Of a stretch of 64,000 nucleotides of DNA, positions 27,578-38,936 are shown one piece after another. This DNA is from a virus (Duplodnaviria > Heunggongvirae > Uroviricota > Caudoviricetes): positions 25,258 to 89,257 of IMG/VR virus record IMGVR_UViG_3300045921_000484; one strand, written 5' to 3'. Made by a program: the position numbers and the translations under genes. Positions within the stretch are counted from its first letter, which is position 1. Every line of letters starts with the position of its first letter. The notes under the pieces are model-generated. The model was given only the letters and a program-made list of their open reading frames with translations, searched no databases and had not been told where the DNA came from.

Positions 27578-27948
27578 TATCTTTCGCTTAATTTTTTGAC
27601 GATTAATGCGCACTTTTCATACTCTTCATTATCTTCTAATTCTTTTTTATAATCTAAAAGTTGTTGTCTATCAGATAATTCTAATCTAATTCTGAATCTA
27701 ACTTCTTCTAATTCACTCATGCTGTTCACAGAGTTATCGATAATATTATCTATTACATATTTATCAAATTTACCAACGCTTATGAAATCATTCCAGTCAT
27801 TTATATCATTTTCTTTTAGAAATTTAATAATAGTATTAACACAGTCGTCTATTCTATTATTAGAATCTTTTTTCTTTTTTTTGAAAATCTTTTTGAAGAA
27901 TTCTTCATTTATGAATTCTCCATATTTTATAACATTTCTTTTTCTCAT
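27577..27948 (-). CDS. Hypothetical protein with CTS-like N-terminus and UVR-like C-terminal motif
   Basis: VIKYGEFINEE; ends EDNEEYEKCALIVKKL. Confidence 0.65.
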   Translation of the reverse strand: MRKRNVIKYGEFINEEFFKKIFKKKKKDSNNRIDDCVNTIIKFLKENDINDWNDFISVGKFDKYVIDNIIDNSVNSMSELEEVRFRIRLELSDRQQLLDYKKELEDNEEYEKCALIVKKLSER

Positions 27949-28019
27949 ATAATTATATATTAATTTTCATCATCAAGAAATACGAAATTAATATATAAAC
28001 AAAAGCATTAACACTATAA

Positions 28020-31000
28020 ATGTCAAATCACAAAAATCTAATTTGGTTCAATAAAGAGGGTGACTATTTGAATTTCAGATATGAACCTACAACAGACAGA
28101 TTTGAGGGTAATATATTATTTCATGAAAATTCAACCGATACATTTAAGACATATGGTTTATATATGTTTGAGAAAGTTCCATCTTTTGAATATGAATTGC
28201 CAGGTGAACTAACACTTGATAAGTTTCAATTGTTTAACGAATATGGAATTGATATTTATGGATCTAAATACCAATTAGAGAAGATTGATAAAATAGAGCC
28301 TGTTAATAATGATCCTACATATTATTCTAAATGGATATATGGTGTTGATTTCGAGAAGAAGTTCCCTATAGGAACACACCTTGTTTTTAACAGTCCAGTG
28401 ATGGAGTTTACAAACTTATCACAAACTTATATAGTTGTGTCGAGCAAGAAGAATGCTGTAATGATTCTGAGTGCAATGAATAATGCTACATTTGAGTCAA
28501 CATATCTTGTTACATATAACGACCCAAATACATATAATAATTTATATATCTCTGGTATTAACGCAATAGGTATTTATAACTATGTAGACTCTTTATATAA
28601 TAACAATTTATCCAATTGGTCAGAACCGAACTTCTATGATAAGTATTATGTTGGTAGAAGACTTAATTTAATAAATACCGATAAGAATAAAAATGAAAAT
28701 TCAAGATTTAAGCAAAAAATAGTTACCATTAGTGATGATTCATTAAGTGATACTGTTTATTTTGAATATGATGTTAGTACTAATGTTTTACCTACTCAAT
28801 CTAACTTAATTATAGAACTTAATACAAAAACAGATTTACCTTTAGTATATACTGGTCAGTTGAGTGTTTCAACTTATAGTATAACATTCGTTGGTGGAGT
28901 TGTTCCTGCAATAATGAAGCCAGGTCAGTCATTTAAGATAAATGGTTCAGTGAATAACACATCTGAATATACTGTTGCTTTTATTCCGGAGTTCACTGCT
29001 AATAATCAATATTACTTTTATGCTACACAATCAATTGTTATGTGGAATGGTAGAGTTTATGAATGCATTCAAGCATATACACAAAGTGGTGTTGATCCTG
29101 GTAATAGTGAGTATTGGACAGCTGCTGTTGGTTTGTCCAGTGGTTATGAGATAGATCCTGATAATACTAGTTATTGGCAATTATCATCATATGTTCCTGT
29201 TGTTGAACCAATGATTTCTGAGTCTATTTTGTATTCTCAGATTTATTTAGTTACTGATAAGTTGTATTTTGAGCAAGCATATACACAAAGTGCTGCTGTT
29301 ACATTAGCATCTGCTGCGGAGAAATATGCTGATGAATTTAAGTTATTTAATATAGATCTTTATTTTGATAAAAATAAATTAAGGGCCGATCTTATATATC
29401 CAACAAATTATGCAATTGTTAATTATTATCATACCCAAGTAGGGCCTACATATGCAATAGGTAATGTTATACAAACAACTGAGAGAGTTGTAAGAGTTGA
29501 AGAACAATTGAATACCGAACTAAATTATAATATATCTGAGAATTATAATTATAATATAGTATTTACTGATATAGATGAGTATGGTATAGTTATTAGAATT
29601 AATAAGATGGTTTATCAAGAGGAAATATCTTGGGTTTACTCAGGTATGACTATCGATATGGAAAGAACCATAGATAGAACACTCAGAAACTGGTTAACTA
29701 GACATTATGCTAGATTATTTACTTTGGGTATTTTACCTGAGTTACAATATATTGGTAATTTTACTTCTATATTTTATAATTCAATAAAATTAAGAACAGA
29801 ATATCCAAATGTTCCTATTGAGTTTGATGTTACTGTCGGTGATACCGCTAATTTTTATATTGAACACTCAAGAGTTCTGTTTAATGATATGGGTGGGTAT
29901 TTTGGTGTTAAGATTAATAATAGAGATTATAGTATATCGGCTTCATTTTCCGGTGCCACTGTTAGTATTCCTAATACATTAAAAGCTTGGTGTGATGAGT
30001 ATAGTGATATATTGAAAGAATATGGCATATATGTTACTAATGTTAATAACTTGTTAAAATTTGATGTTAAAGAGCAATATAAAAGACTTGATTATTCCTT
30101 TACGATAGGAAAGTCTACCTTACCAGGATTACCTGGATACACCATAACTAAAAAGATAAAAGGCAATGAGGGTATGATAATAACCTCAAATGAAACAAAA
30201 CTACCATCTAGTAGCAATGGATCTTTTATAGATGCTGGATTCTCAACAGGTATGGTATTTTCAGTTAATAATACATTATACCCATTCAATAATCAGGAGT
30301 ATGTTATACTTGATTTAGATAGTGATACATTGAATATGAGTTACGAAGGTCCATTTTGGGGTCTTACTGATTCAGCTTGTTCATCTTCTCCATTTGTTAA
30401 TATAGCATTTAATATCGGATTTGGTCAGACAGGTTGTTCGGTTTCTGCTGGTCCGACTGCTGGTAACGTTGGTGGTCCGTTTGATCCTTCTATGTTTAGT
30501 ACGGCTATGTTTACATTGGTTTATAATCCAAATGTTTATGTTGTCAATAATTATAATCTTAATAGCTATCCTGGTTCTTCTAATCTTGTTGATATAACTT
30601 ATATACAATTATCCAACTCGATATATGCTCTTGGTGATGATATTATTGTATTTGATGCTTACTTAGCACAGTATTTAAATACAATTACACTACCGGGTAA
30701 TACACAAAGTATTAAATTGGAATTCAATCCAGTTAATGGGTATTTATACGCTTTATCTTTAAATAGACTATATGTTATAGATCCTCTACTGAATACGGTT
30801 ATTTCTTCGAGTATATTATCTTGGAACGCTTCAGATATTATTATCAATTCGTTGAATGGTGATATTTATATCTCATATAGTAATACTGAGAGGGTTGATA
30901 TTTTTAACTCAAGTAATAACTTGGTTAATAGTATAAACTCTTGGGGAGCTTCGTTTTCGGGTGGTGCGTTTAACATGGCTTATAATGTCTTTGAAAATGA

Positions 31001-33875
31001 TATTTATGTTGTCACCAATGATACATCTGATATAGTATTAAGAATAGATGGATCAACAAGAACTTTACAGACAACATATAATATACCTGGATTATCTGGT
31101 ATGTCAGCATCTCAGTATAATATCTATTATGAACCTGTTAATGAGTCTATTTATGTTTGGGGTAGCGCTAGTTTATATAAGATAGATAATAGTTTGCCTA
31201 TACCTATACCTAATATATCTACACAAGCATTTAATTATATATTATTTAATAACTTAACTGGACAGATGTATATTTCCGATTCATCCAATCAATTCACACA
31301 ATTGGATTTGAATACTAATGCTACTTTATTTACATCGGGAGTTTCAAATTATGGATATATTCAATTAAATCAATATGACGGTGATATTTATTTATCATCT
31401 CAAAATACAAATTCAGTTATTGTTGTTAATCCAATAAATGGTAGTGTTAAATACACTTCTCCTATGTCAGCACCTACTGGTAAGATTATTTATAATCCTG
31501 AGAGAAAGAGTATGTGGACTATACAACCAAGTACTAATTCAATTGTTGAAGTTGAAGTTGAATTAAATAGCTATTTAAATATTTATAATGTTACTAGTAA
31601 AACAGTTGATGGTTATAATTATGGTACTTTAGATCCTAACTTTCAAGAAAGACCAGGTCTATGGTTGAAGACTAGAGAGTATATAAGAAGACCTAGAGAG
31701 AATTTTGATGATGAGCCAAGGGTAAAATATTATTACAAGTGGTTAACTGATAATGTTCCTGAGATATTTTTATATGACATAAGTGGTCAACAATTAGCTA
31801 CCGCTGGATCTTACTCATATACTGGACCTAAACCACTTGAGGGTGATATTTTTTTAAATAAAACTCCTAATAGAAATATAAACAGAGTTTCCGATCCAGC
31901 AGCTCAACAAACTGTATTTGATAGACTTTATTATTCATTGGAATATATAAATGAAGAGATAACTGATATATTCTTAGATCCAGAGCCTATACAGACATTT
32001 ATAGGATTTAATTCTACACAAGAGGGAGTCCTTAGATCTGTATTGCAGATATTTAAGAGAGAAGATATTATCTTTGATATACAGAGTTCAAATCTAGTAA
32101 ATGATGTTATTACATTTACTACTAAAATAGATCCTATAACTGGAAATAAAATAGGTGAGATTAAGTTAAATTCCTTATCTACATCATTATTTGTTACTGA
32201 TTCTTTTAATAATAAGAGAGGTCTTAAACCGGGTCAATTATTAAGAATAGATGTTTATGATAGAACTAATAAAAAGAAACAGTATATCTCTAGAAATAGC
32301 GGTAGAATTTTTAGAATAAAAGAAGTTTACAATAGAACACTTGTTCTTGAATTCTTGAAGAAAGAAGATTCTCTTATAGAAGAAACTACTATTATTTCTA
32401 ATTATCCCAAGTTTGGAGAGACTACTTATCTAGGGGTTAGATTTACTGTTGTTGATAGAGAAATTGGTAGATTTAATGTTATTGGTCAGACTGAAGAAGA
32501 GGATGTTAGATTTAAGATTGAATTAGGTAATGTCGGTAAGAACATTGGTAGCGATGAAGTATTTATATTCAGGGAATATGATATCTATGAAGGTGGTTCT
32601 GACTGGGTTTACTTAAATAAGAAGAGAAAAGAAATGCTCATGCAAAAGCATTTGATTTATCCTTATATCGGATCTTATAAATCTATTATTAATGCTATTA
32701 ATTTCTTCGGATATAATGATTTAGAGTTAAATGAGTATTATAAAAATATAAATGAGAATTCCGATAACTTTGGTAAGCTATTTAAGATCGAGATACCTGA
32801 TATATTTGATAATACAGTTGAAGGATGGACAGAAAACGATTTTATAAAACATACATTTCCTAATGAGAATTTTGAAACAACTAATTTATTTAACCTTACT
32901 TATAGGATAACCGACAAAGAAGGTACTAATGTATTGATTTACACATTAAGAGAGGTTCAAATAAAACTTCAGGGATTAAAGTACTGGTTACAAAGAAATA
33001 TAATACCATTAACACATAAGATATTAGATATTACCGGTAGAGCAGATTTTGTTGGTGTTAACACAATTCAACATAGATCATATGATATTAAGATATTTAA
33101 TATGAATCAATCAATGTGTCCGGTTACATTTAAGTTAAATGAGGCATATTTGATGCCTATTAATAGTGGCTCTACTCAGTACAACTGTGTTTTGGATTTT
33201 TATGTATTAGATAGTGCATCTTACTCATCTAACCTATCAACATTCCCTTTACCATCTAAGAATTTGTTACCTGATAATTATAGCATAACTGTTAAGACAT
33301 ATAAGACTTATCAAGAATGGGTCCCATTTAAAACATATCAGATGGGTGATAGAGTTATCTATTATGGTAAATTATATGAGTCTGTGATAAATAATAACAA
33401 GACTAATAATCCTAGAAAGTATGAAAGTGTTGTTAAATGGGGTTACCCGGATAATAATCCAGAGTTCAAATATAATGTTGGTCAGGTTTATAAATATGAT
33501 AGAGATTACTATGTATATACAGGAATAGCTATTTCGAGTGCTACATCATCTACATTTTCGACAGTTACTCCTAATAAGGACTCCGGAAATTGGTTAAATA
33601 TCACAGAATGGAGACAAATAGATTATGAGCCAGTTCAGAGATTTAGTGAATTTAGGAATATATCTAATTTATTACCGTATAATTTTACAATTGACTCTAA
33701 TATAGATCCTTTCTTGGTTATAGAGGTTACATCTGATAATGGTTATGGTCAGGTTTACAGAGATAAGAAGAATTATGAAATTAGAGGATTGTTGGATATA
33801 AGAGATGAGGTTACTGGATTAGATCCAATTGAACCTTTTAAACCAATTAGTCCAGTTACTAATTTATTAACATAA
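28020..33875 (+). CDS. Very large baseplate/tail structural protein
   Basis: 1951 aa, beta-rich; central YVTN-like propeller repeats; GSYKSIINAINFFGY wedge-like segment; CBM5/12-like WVPFKTYQMGDRVIYYGKLYE. Confidence 0.75.
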   Translation: MSNHKNLIWFNKEGDYLNFRYEPTTDRFEGNILFHENSTDTFKTYGLYMFEKVPSFEYELPGELTLDKFQLFNEYGIDIYGSKYQLEKIDKIEPVNNDPTYYSKWIYGVDFEKKFPIGTHLVFNSPVMEFTNLSQTYIVVSSKKNAVMILSAMNNATFESTYLVTYNDPNTYNNLYISGINAIGIYNYVDSLYNNNLSNWSEPNFYDKYYVGRRLNLINTDKNKNENSRFKQKIVTISDDSLSDTVYFEYDVSTNVLPTQSNLIIELNTKTDLPLVYTGQLSVSTYSITFVGGVVPAIMKPGQSFKINGSVNNTSEYTVAFIPEFTANNQYYFYATQSIVMWNGRVYECIQAYTQSGVDPGNSEYWTAAVGLSSGYEIDPDNTSYWQLSSYVPVVEPMISESILYSQIYLVTDKLYFEQAYTQSAAVTLASAAEKYADEFKLFNIDLYFDKNKLRADLIYPTNYAIVNYYHTQVGPTYAIGNVIQTTERVVRVEEQLNTELNYNISENYNYNIVFTDIDEYGIVIRINKMVYQEEISWVYSGMTIDMERTIDRTLRNWLTRHYARLFTLGILPELQYIGNFTSIFYNSIKLRTEYPNVPIEFDVTVGDTANFYIEHSRVLFNDMGGYFGVKINNRDYSISASFSGATVSIPNTLKAWCDEYSDILKEYGIYVTNVNNLLKFDVKEQYKRLDYSFTIGKSTLPGLPGYTITKKIKGNEGMIITSNETKLPSSSNGSFIDAGFSTGMVFSVNNTLYPFNNQEYVILDLDSDTLNMSYEGPFWGLTDSACSSSPFVNIAFNIGFGQTGCSVSAGPTAGNVGGPFDPSMFSTAMFTLVYNPNVYVVNNYNLNSYPGSSNLVDITYIQLSNSIYALGDDIIVFDAYLAQYLNTITLPGNTQSIKLEFNPVNGYLYALSLNRLYVIDPLLNTVISSSILSWNASDIIINSLNGDIYISYSNTERVDIFNSSNNLVNSINSWGASFSGGAFNMAYNVFENDIYVVTNDTSDIVLRIDGSTRTLQTTYNIPGLSGMSASQYNIYYEPVNESIYVWGSASLYKIDNSLPIPIPNISTQAFNYILFNNLTGQMYISDSSNQFTQLDLNTNATLFTSGVSNYGYIQLNQYDGDIYLSSQNTNSVIVVNPINGSVKYTSPMSAPTGKIIYNPERKSMWTIQPSTNSIVEVEVELNSYLNIYNVTSKTVDGYNYGTLDPNFQERPGLWLKTREYIRRPRENFDDEPRVKYYYKWLTDNVPEIFLYDISGQQLATAGSYSYTGPKPLEGDIFLNKTPNRNINRVSDPAAQQTVFDRLYYSLEYINEEITDIFLDPEPIQTFIGFNSTQEGVLRSVLQIFKREDIIFDIQSSNLVNDVITFTTKIDPITGNKIGEIKLNSLSTSLFVTDSFNNKRGLKPGQLLRIDVYDRTNKKKQYISRNSGRIFRIKEVYNRTLVLEFLKKEDSLIEETTIISNYPKFGETTYLGVRFTVVDREIGRFNVIGQTEEEDVRFKIELGNVGKNIGSDEVFIFREYDIYEGGSDWVYLNKKRKEMLMQKHLIYPYIGSYKSIINAINFFGYNDLELNEYYKNINENSDNFGKLFKIEIPDIFDNTVEGWTENDFIKHTFPNENFETTNLFNLTYRITDKEGTNVLIYTLREVQIKLQGLKYWLQRNIIPLTHKILDITGRADFVGVNTIQHRSYDIKIFNMNQSMCPVTFKLNEAYLMPINSGSTQYNCVLDFYVLDSASYSSNLSTFPLPSKNLLPDNYSITVKTYKTYQEWVPFKTYQMGDRVIYYGKLYESVINNNKTNNPRKYESVVKWGYPDNNPEFKYNVGQVYKYDRDYYVYTGIAISSATSSTFSTVTPNKDSGNWLNITEWRQIDYEPVQRFSEFRNISNLLPYNFTIDSNIDPFLVIEVTSDNGYGQVYRDKKNYEIRGLLDIRDEVTGLDPIEPFKPISPVTNLLT

Positions 33876-33879
33876 ATAG

Positions 33880-33905
33880 AAAACCCTCTCAACTGAGAGG
33901 GTTTT
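33880..33905. terminator. Bidirectional intrinsic terminator
   Basis: AAAACCCTCTC-AACT-GAGAGGGTTTT between convergent genes. Confidence 0.85.
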
Positions 33906-33906
33906 G

Positions 33907-34587
33907 TTATTTTGTTTTTTCCTTTTTAGGACTTAGAACTTTTACTTCACCTGTATCTTTATTAATTACATCTTCTGATACAACACCATCTTCAAATGTA
34001 GCAACCCAATCTTGGATTTCTGTTGCTAGGTTCTTAGCGGTTGTGTCATAGTAGTTAATTATTTTGCTAATATTTCCGATTCTTCTCAATATTTGAGCAA
34101 ATGTGTATGCATCTTTTGTCAATCCTTTAATCTTATGTTTTTGTATAAGATGGTAAATATATGTGATCTCTGTTGCGTTTACTGGAAAAGCAATTAGAGT
34201 CTTATCATCTGTGTATTTAACTTTCTTCATGTTACCTAACATATCAGTTAGCTCAATTGCGAAAAATACCGTATTCACATCATATTCGATTTTTTGAAGA
34301 ATTAGATTTGTTAGAAAATTCCACTGAGTTCTATTTAGATGAAAATTATATTTAGCATCTCTAAGACATGATTGATATTCTTTCCAGATTTGTTGAGATT
34401 CTGCATAAATTTTATTTTTCTCATCTTCGGATTTTCCCTTACCGACTGTATTTTTCATGAATGTTTCAACATTATTTATTTTTTCATCAAGAGATTTTTC
34501 AACCTCTGCTGTTAGTATCACGTGTTCTGATTCGTTTTCAAAAAACTTAGTTTCTGGTTTTACCACATTTGTTTCTATCTTTTGCAT
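33907..34587 (-). CDS. Hypothetical helical protein
   Basis: 226-aa ORF in the operon downstream of the tape-measure-like gene. Confidence 0.7.
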   Translation of the reverse strand: MQKIETNVVKPETKFFENESEHVILTAEVEKSLDEKINNVETFMKNTVGKGKSEDEKNKIYAESQQIWKEYQSCLRDAKYNFHLNRTQWNFLTNLILQKIEYDVNTVFFAIELTDMLGNMKKVKYTDDKTLIAFPVNATEITYIYHLIQKHKIKGLTKDAYTFAQILRRIGNISKIINYYDTTAKNLATEIQDWVATFEDGVVSEDVINKDTGEVKVLSPKKEKTK

Positions 34588-34609
34588 AATTTATTTTTAT
34601 TTTATTTTT

Positions 34610-35041
34610 TTAAGCTATAAATTCTTCATCAGTTTGACTATCTTTAATTTGTTGTTGATATAACTCTTCAACCTTGTTAGCCCTTGCTACTTTATCTACG
34701 CCATATTTGTTAATAAGTGATGAGAAGGTTGTTAGGTCAGGCTTAATCATTTTTATTTTACCTGTTTCGATATTCATATGAATCTTGTCAATTTCTTGTT
34801 CAAATAGAATTGTTACAGATTCTTCATCAAACGCATCTAATATTGTTTCATTTATTGAAACAAGTAATTCCTTTTCTAAAAGAAAAGAATATTTAGGGGG
34901 TATAATTGATATCTTTATCAATTCCTTTTGTTTTTTGTCTCCCTCAAATTGAAATTTGATAGGTAATGGGAATGATTTTTTTTGAAATACTTCAAAAAAT
35001 CTTTCCTTTGTCTCATCTGATAGATGGTAAAAGTTTTCCAT
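34610..35041 (-). CDS. Hypothetical protein, possibly a degenerate phage metallopeptidase fold
   Basis: ILFEQEIDKI sits where family members have HExxH; family call weak. Confidence 0.6.
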   Translation of the reverse strand: MENFYHLSDETKERFFEVFQKKSFPLPIKFQFEGDKKQKELIKISIIPPKYSFLLEKELLVSINETILDAFDEESVTILFEQEIDKIHMNIETGKIKMIKPDLTTFSSLINKYGVDKVARANKVEELYQQQIKDSQTDEEFIA

Positions 35042-35092
35042 GTTAAATTATTTTTTTATTTTTATTTATAGGTTATAAACTATAAAAGTTTA

Positions 35093-35527
35093 TTATATAA
35101 GAAAAATTAGAGCTAAAATAGTTGACAGTATAATTACAGATGGTATTATTTTATAATAGATGTTATTATAGTATTCATGGCTTCTGAATAGTGAGAATCC
35201 GATAACTATTAAATAGGAGTATTTTCCCACTTTATCTACTTTATAGAAATCATACATCTCTTGTAGACCTTTTGAATCCAAAAATCTAGCAACTTGCATT
35301 GAGTACTCTCTAATGAATTTTTCTGCTATTTTATCAATATCTGATTTTCTGATATTGTATGGTTCACCAATTAGTTCCTCTGGAATATTTAGCACGGTGT
35401 ACATTCTTTTAGCGTTATCTATTCTTATATTGAATCTTTTCTCTAACTCATTTCTATTTAGTTTAAGAGTTTTTTTGAATGTGTTAAAGATTTTAATCTT
35501 CTTAAATATTGAAATATCTTTATTCAT
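35093..35527 (-). CDS. Hypothetical protein with C-terminal transmembrane helix
   Basis: Ends IIPSVIILSTILALIFLI. Confidence 0.7.
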   Translation of the reverse strand: MNKDISIFKKIKIFNTFKKTLKLNRNELEKRFNIRIDNAKRMYTVLNIPEELIGEPYNIRKSDIDKIAEKFIREYSMQVARFLDSKGLQEMYDFYKVDKVGKYSYLIVIGFSLFRSHEYYNNIYYKIIPSVIILSTILALIFLI

Positions 35528-35556
35528 ATTAATTATATATCAGTATTTCGCTTTGT

Positions 35557-38500
35557 TTATTTTTTAATTTTAATACCTTGTCCTGTTCTTAACTCATTGG
35601 TGTAGTCTGCTAATGTAGATGAGTTTCTAGCAATTGTTCCTAGTTTAGAATCCATAGATGATAATATCTGCAGCATTTTTTGTTGTGTTTGATCTTGTTT
35701 ATCTGATACTGTTGATTGCTTAACACCTGTTACACTTTTTTTATTATTATTTTCTGTTGCTGAGTTCATGTCATTTATTATATCGGTGAATAACCCAGCT
35801 TTTTTCTCTAATTTATCTAGCATTTCTTCGAATGCTCCGGGATCCATAAATGACATTAGAATTACATTTGATGTGAATGCTCTTATAGTAGATAATTTTT
35901 CAGCATCTATACCATTTATCGCATTTCCAAAGTTACTAATTGACTTACTTAACATATTATAAGCAACTCCAAGTTTAACCATTCCATCTATGACTCTATC
36001 CATTGGATTCTTTGTTGATTCTTCACCAAATAGAAAACCAGATATTGCACCTGCTACTCCACCTTTTCCAGATGGTAGGTTCCCATCAACAAATTTAGCT
36101 AGCGCTACATAACTTATAACATTCGATGTCAAGTTTTTCATAAAATTAGGATCTATTTTGGTGCCCCATATATTCTTATTTTTAAATATCAGTCTGGCAA
36201 AACGGGTCATATCTCCTATTATATGAAATAATGATGGTCTCAATTTTTTTAGATCATCTCTATTCAATCCGGTATCATATAATAAATTATATACCTCACT
36301 GAATCCTTTCACGGCAGAACCTACACCTTCACCCCAATTTTTCGTAGGATAGTTGCCAGTAAAAGGTACTTTATTATTATTGAAGAATTTAGCAACATCA
36401 ACTATACCTTCTGATATAGTCATCATTGCTTGTTTCATTTTATCTGGTGTTACATTTGTGCCGAATAAAGATCCAAGTAATGATTGGTCAGTAAGTATTT
36501 TATAAACTGGGGCGAATGCTCCTATTGCTAATCCAACTCCTCTGGCCCACTCTTCTGGTGGCCCACCTTTCCAAACAGTTACTCCTGCATTGGAAAATAA
36601 CTGACCAGCTTGAACAATGCCCTCTGATATCATTTTTATCGCTTTTGTGAACCCTTCAGCTGCGTTCTCGCCCTTTAATATACTAAGGAAACTTTGACCC
36701 TCTTGTAATTTGAAGTAAACATACGAGAATGCCGCAATTGCTCTTGATACACCATATGCCCATTCAATTTTTGGACCATCTTTATAATTACCGCTCGCTA
36801 ATGTTATTGAAACTGATTTTATTGTTTCAGCTATTTGAACCATCATATTTTTTGCCAATTCAAATGGATCTGGGCCTCCAAAGAAACTCATTATAGAACC
36901 CACTATACCCATAGCTCCAAGGAATACCATTATAGGTGTGAATGTCATATATAAAAGAGCTACACCTTTTGCCCAAGGTAATAGGTTTCCTCCATATGTG
37001 AAGTCACCTTTAGATAATATTTTAGATATCTCCATAATTGTTGCTGCTATCACAATCATCGTTCCAAGACCTAATAACATGGCGGCGAATCCCACTCCAC
37101 TCATTGCTATGAATCCAATTGTTGCTGATAGTAGTGCAAATGATCCGATTGATAGAATAACTCCTAATCCCCAATCTAAACTTGGGGCATTATCATAAGT
37201 TCCTTCACCTATCAACCAAGAAGATGTCATTATAACACCAGCTGTTAGTATAACAAGTGCTGATCCGATTAGGAAATTAACCGGGTTCTTAATGAATCCC
37301 ATTTTATCCATAGTCCATATTGTTGCTGCCACTGCTATAGTAGATATAGACAATGCAATACTCATAACAACAATATTAAATAATAATCCATAATCAACTG
37401 GTGTTGTTTTGGACAAGAATTCAGATGAATACATTATAGCCATTGACATTCCTACAAATAGTATAGGTAGTATAATTGATGCTTTCAGTGCTTTAGCTGG
37501 ACTTATGTCACCAAGAGATTTGAATATCATTGACATTGCGAATGATAGTGCTACAAATATTATTGAAATACCCAGTGCTGTTAAGAATTGATTAAATTTA
37601 ATAGGTTGTATTTTTGCAAAGTTATATGATGATTGCATCATTGCAAAAGACATGGCAATGAATAGTATTGGTAGTACTACCGCAGCGACAATAGATCCCG
37701 CTAACGCATTTTCTCCGCCAAAGGTTGTTATTATATTTTTAATTCCAAATGCTAATACTGTAAATACTCCAGATATTAGTATAGCTGTTAGTCCTTGCAT
37801 TAGTGTTATCGGTTTCACTTTAGATAGAATATGGGATGATGATGTTATTGCTATTGATATTCCCGTCATTACTATTGGTAATGCTAATGCTGCTATAATT
37901 GCTGTTTTCCAACTTATACCTTTTGATTTAAATCCCATTCCAAATGCTGAACCATTTTGTTCAGACATAATTCCTGATATCAACGCACTAATTGATGGCG
38001 CTATTAATGCGAATATGAATCCAATTCCAATTGCAGTCAATGCTTGCGGTATTGATATTGGTCTAACCTTAGATAGAATATATGATGATGTTAAAATACT
38101 TAGTGATATACTAGACATTAGTAGTGGTAACATTGCTGATGCTGCTAGTACCTGGCTGAATTTTAGACCCCTTGATTTGAATTTCATCCCATTATATTCA
38201 AATTCATCTTCGGATTCCATTGACTTTATCAATGTTGCTATAGCTGGTGCTATAAATGTAAACATACCTGCTATTCCAATTGCGGTTAATGCTTGAGCAA
38301 ATGATATTGGTTTTACCATTGATAATATCCAAGATGTTGCTGTTATACCAGCTGCCGCCACTGTTAGTATTAATGATGTCATTGCTGCATCTTTTACAGA
38401 CATTTTTAGTTTGGCTATCTTTTCAAATGCGATTGCTACAAGAACCATGGCGAGTGATAATCCAACAACTGATAGAAAGTCTACTTTACCAATTAACTTA

Positions 38501-38856
38501 AATGCCATTCCTATTGCTAATACACCAGCCGCTATAATTAAAACTATTGAAACACCAGTCTTAATTAGTTTTTGCATGTCTTTGTCTCCGGCTTTTTGGA
38601 ATGGATCGGTTTTTTTATCATTTTCCTTTTTCTTAGATAAAGCAAGTATTGTTTCCTGATTTTTTATAATCTTTTGATTATCAGCTTGTATCTTTTTTAT
38701 ACCTTCATTTATTTCCTTAATTTGGCTTACGAAGTCTCCTTCTTCTAAAGCTTTCGCAGTTGGGGATTGAGCACTGTTTTTTTCACTTAGTACCTGCGCA
38801 ATTAAATCCAATGATTCGGATAAATTATTTAGTGCATCTAATAACTTCTTGTCCAT
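35557..38856 (-). CDS. Tape-measure-like protein with many hydrophobic helices
   Basis: 1099 aa; Ala/Gly/Ile-rich repeats such as ILSKVKPISFAQALTAIGI. Confidence 0.6.
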   Translation of the reverse strand: MDKKLLDALNNLSESLDLIAQVLSEKNSAQSPTAKALEEGDFVSQIKEINEGIKKIQADNQKIIKNQETILALSKKKENDKKTDPFQKAGDKDMQKLIKTGVSIVLIIAAGVLAIGMAFKLIGKVDFLSVVGLSLAMVLVAIAFEKIAKLKMSVKDAAMTSLILTVAAAGITATSWILSMVKPISFAQALTAIGIAGMFTFIAPAIATLIKSMESEDEFEYNGMKFKSRGLKFSQVLAASAMLPLLMSSISLSILTSSYILSKVRPISIPQALTAIGIGFIFALIAPSISALISGIMSEQNGSAFGMGFKSKGISWKTAIIAALALPIVMTGISIAITSSSHILSKVKPITLMQGLTAILISGVFTVLAFGIKNIITTFGGENALAGSIVAAVVLPILFIAMSFAMMQSSYNFAKIQPIKFNQFLTALGISIIFVALSFAMSMIFKSLGDISPAKALKASIILPILFVGMSMAIMYSSEFLSKTTPVDYGLLFNIVVMSIALSISTIAVAATIWTMDKMGFIKNPVNFLIGSALVILTAGVIMTSSWLIGEGTYDNAPSLDWGLGVILSIGSFALLSATIGFIAMSGVGFAAMLLGLGTMIVIAATIMEISKILSKGDFTYGGNLLPWAKGVALLYMTFTPIMVFLGAMGIVGSIMSFFGGPDPFELAKNMMVQIAETIKSVSITLASGNYKDGPKIEWAYGVSRAIAAFSYVYFKLQEGQSFLSILKGENAAEGFTKAIKMISEGIVQAGQLFSNAGVTVWKGGPPEEWARGVGLAIGAFAPVYKILTDQSLLGSLFGTNVTPDKMKQAMMTISEGIVDVAKFFNNNKVPFTGNYPTKNWGEGVGSAVKGFSEVYNLLYDTGLNRDDLKKLRPSLFHIIGDMTRFARLIFKNKNIWGTKIDPNFMKNLTSNVISYVALAKFVDGNLPSGKGGVAGAISGFLFGEESTKNPMDRVIDGMVKLGVAYNMLSKSISNFGNAINGIDAEKLSTIRAFTSNVILMSFMDPGAFEEMLDKLEKKAGLFTDIINDMNSATENNNKKSVTGVKQSTVSDKQDQTQQKMLQILSSMDSKLGTIARNSSTLADYTNELRTGQGIKIKK

Positions 38857-38936
38857 TAAAGAATATAAATTTTACAATGTATATATAAAATATAGATATA
38901 CTTCTTAATATATAAGATTAAGAATTTACTAAACAA

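Noticed and set aside
13597-38659. Antisense ORFs inside long genes (13597..14001, 30381..30608, 36938..37198, 37652..38296, 38411..38659 and similar)
   Set aside because: Fully nested opposite to well-supported CDSs, with composition mirroring the sense codons and no motifs.
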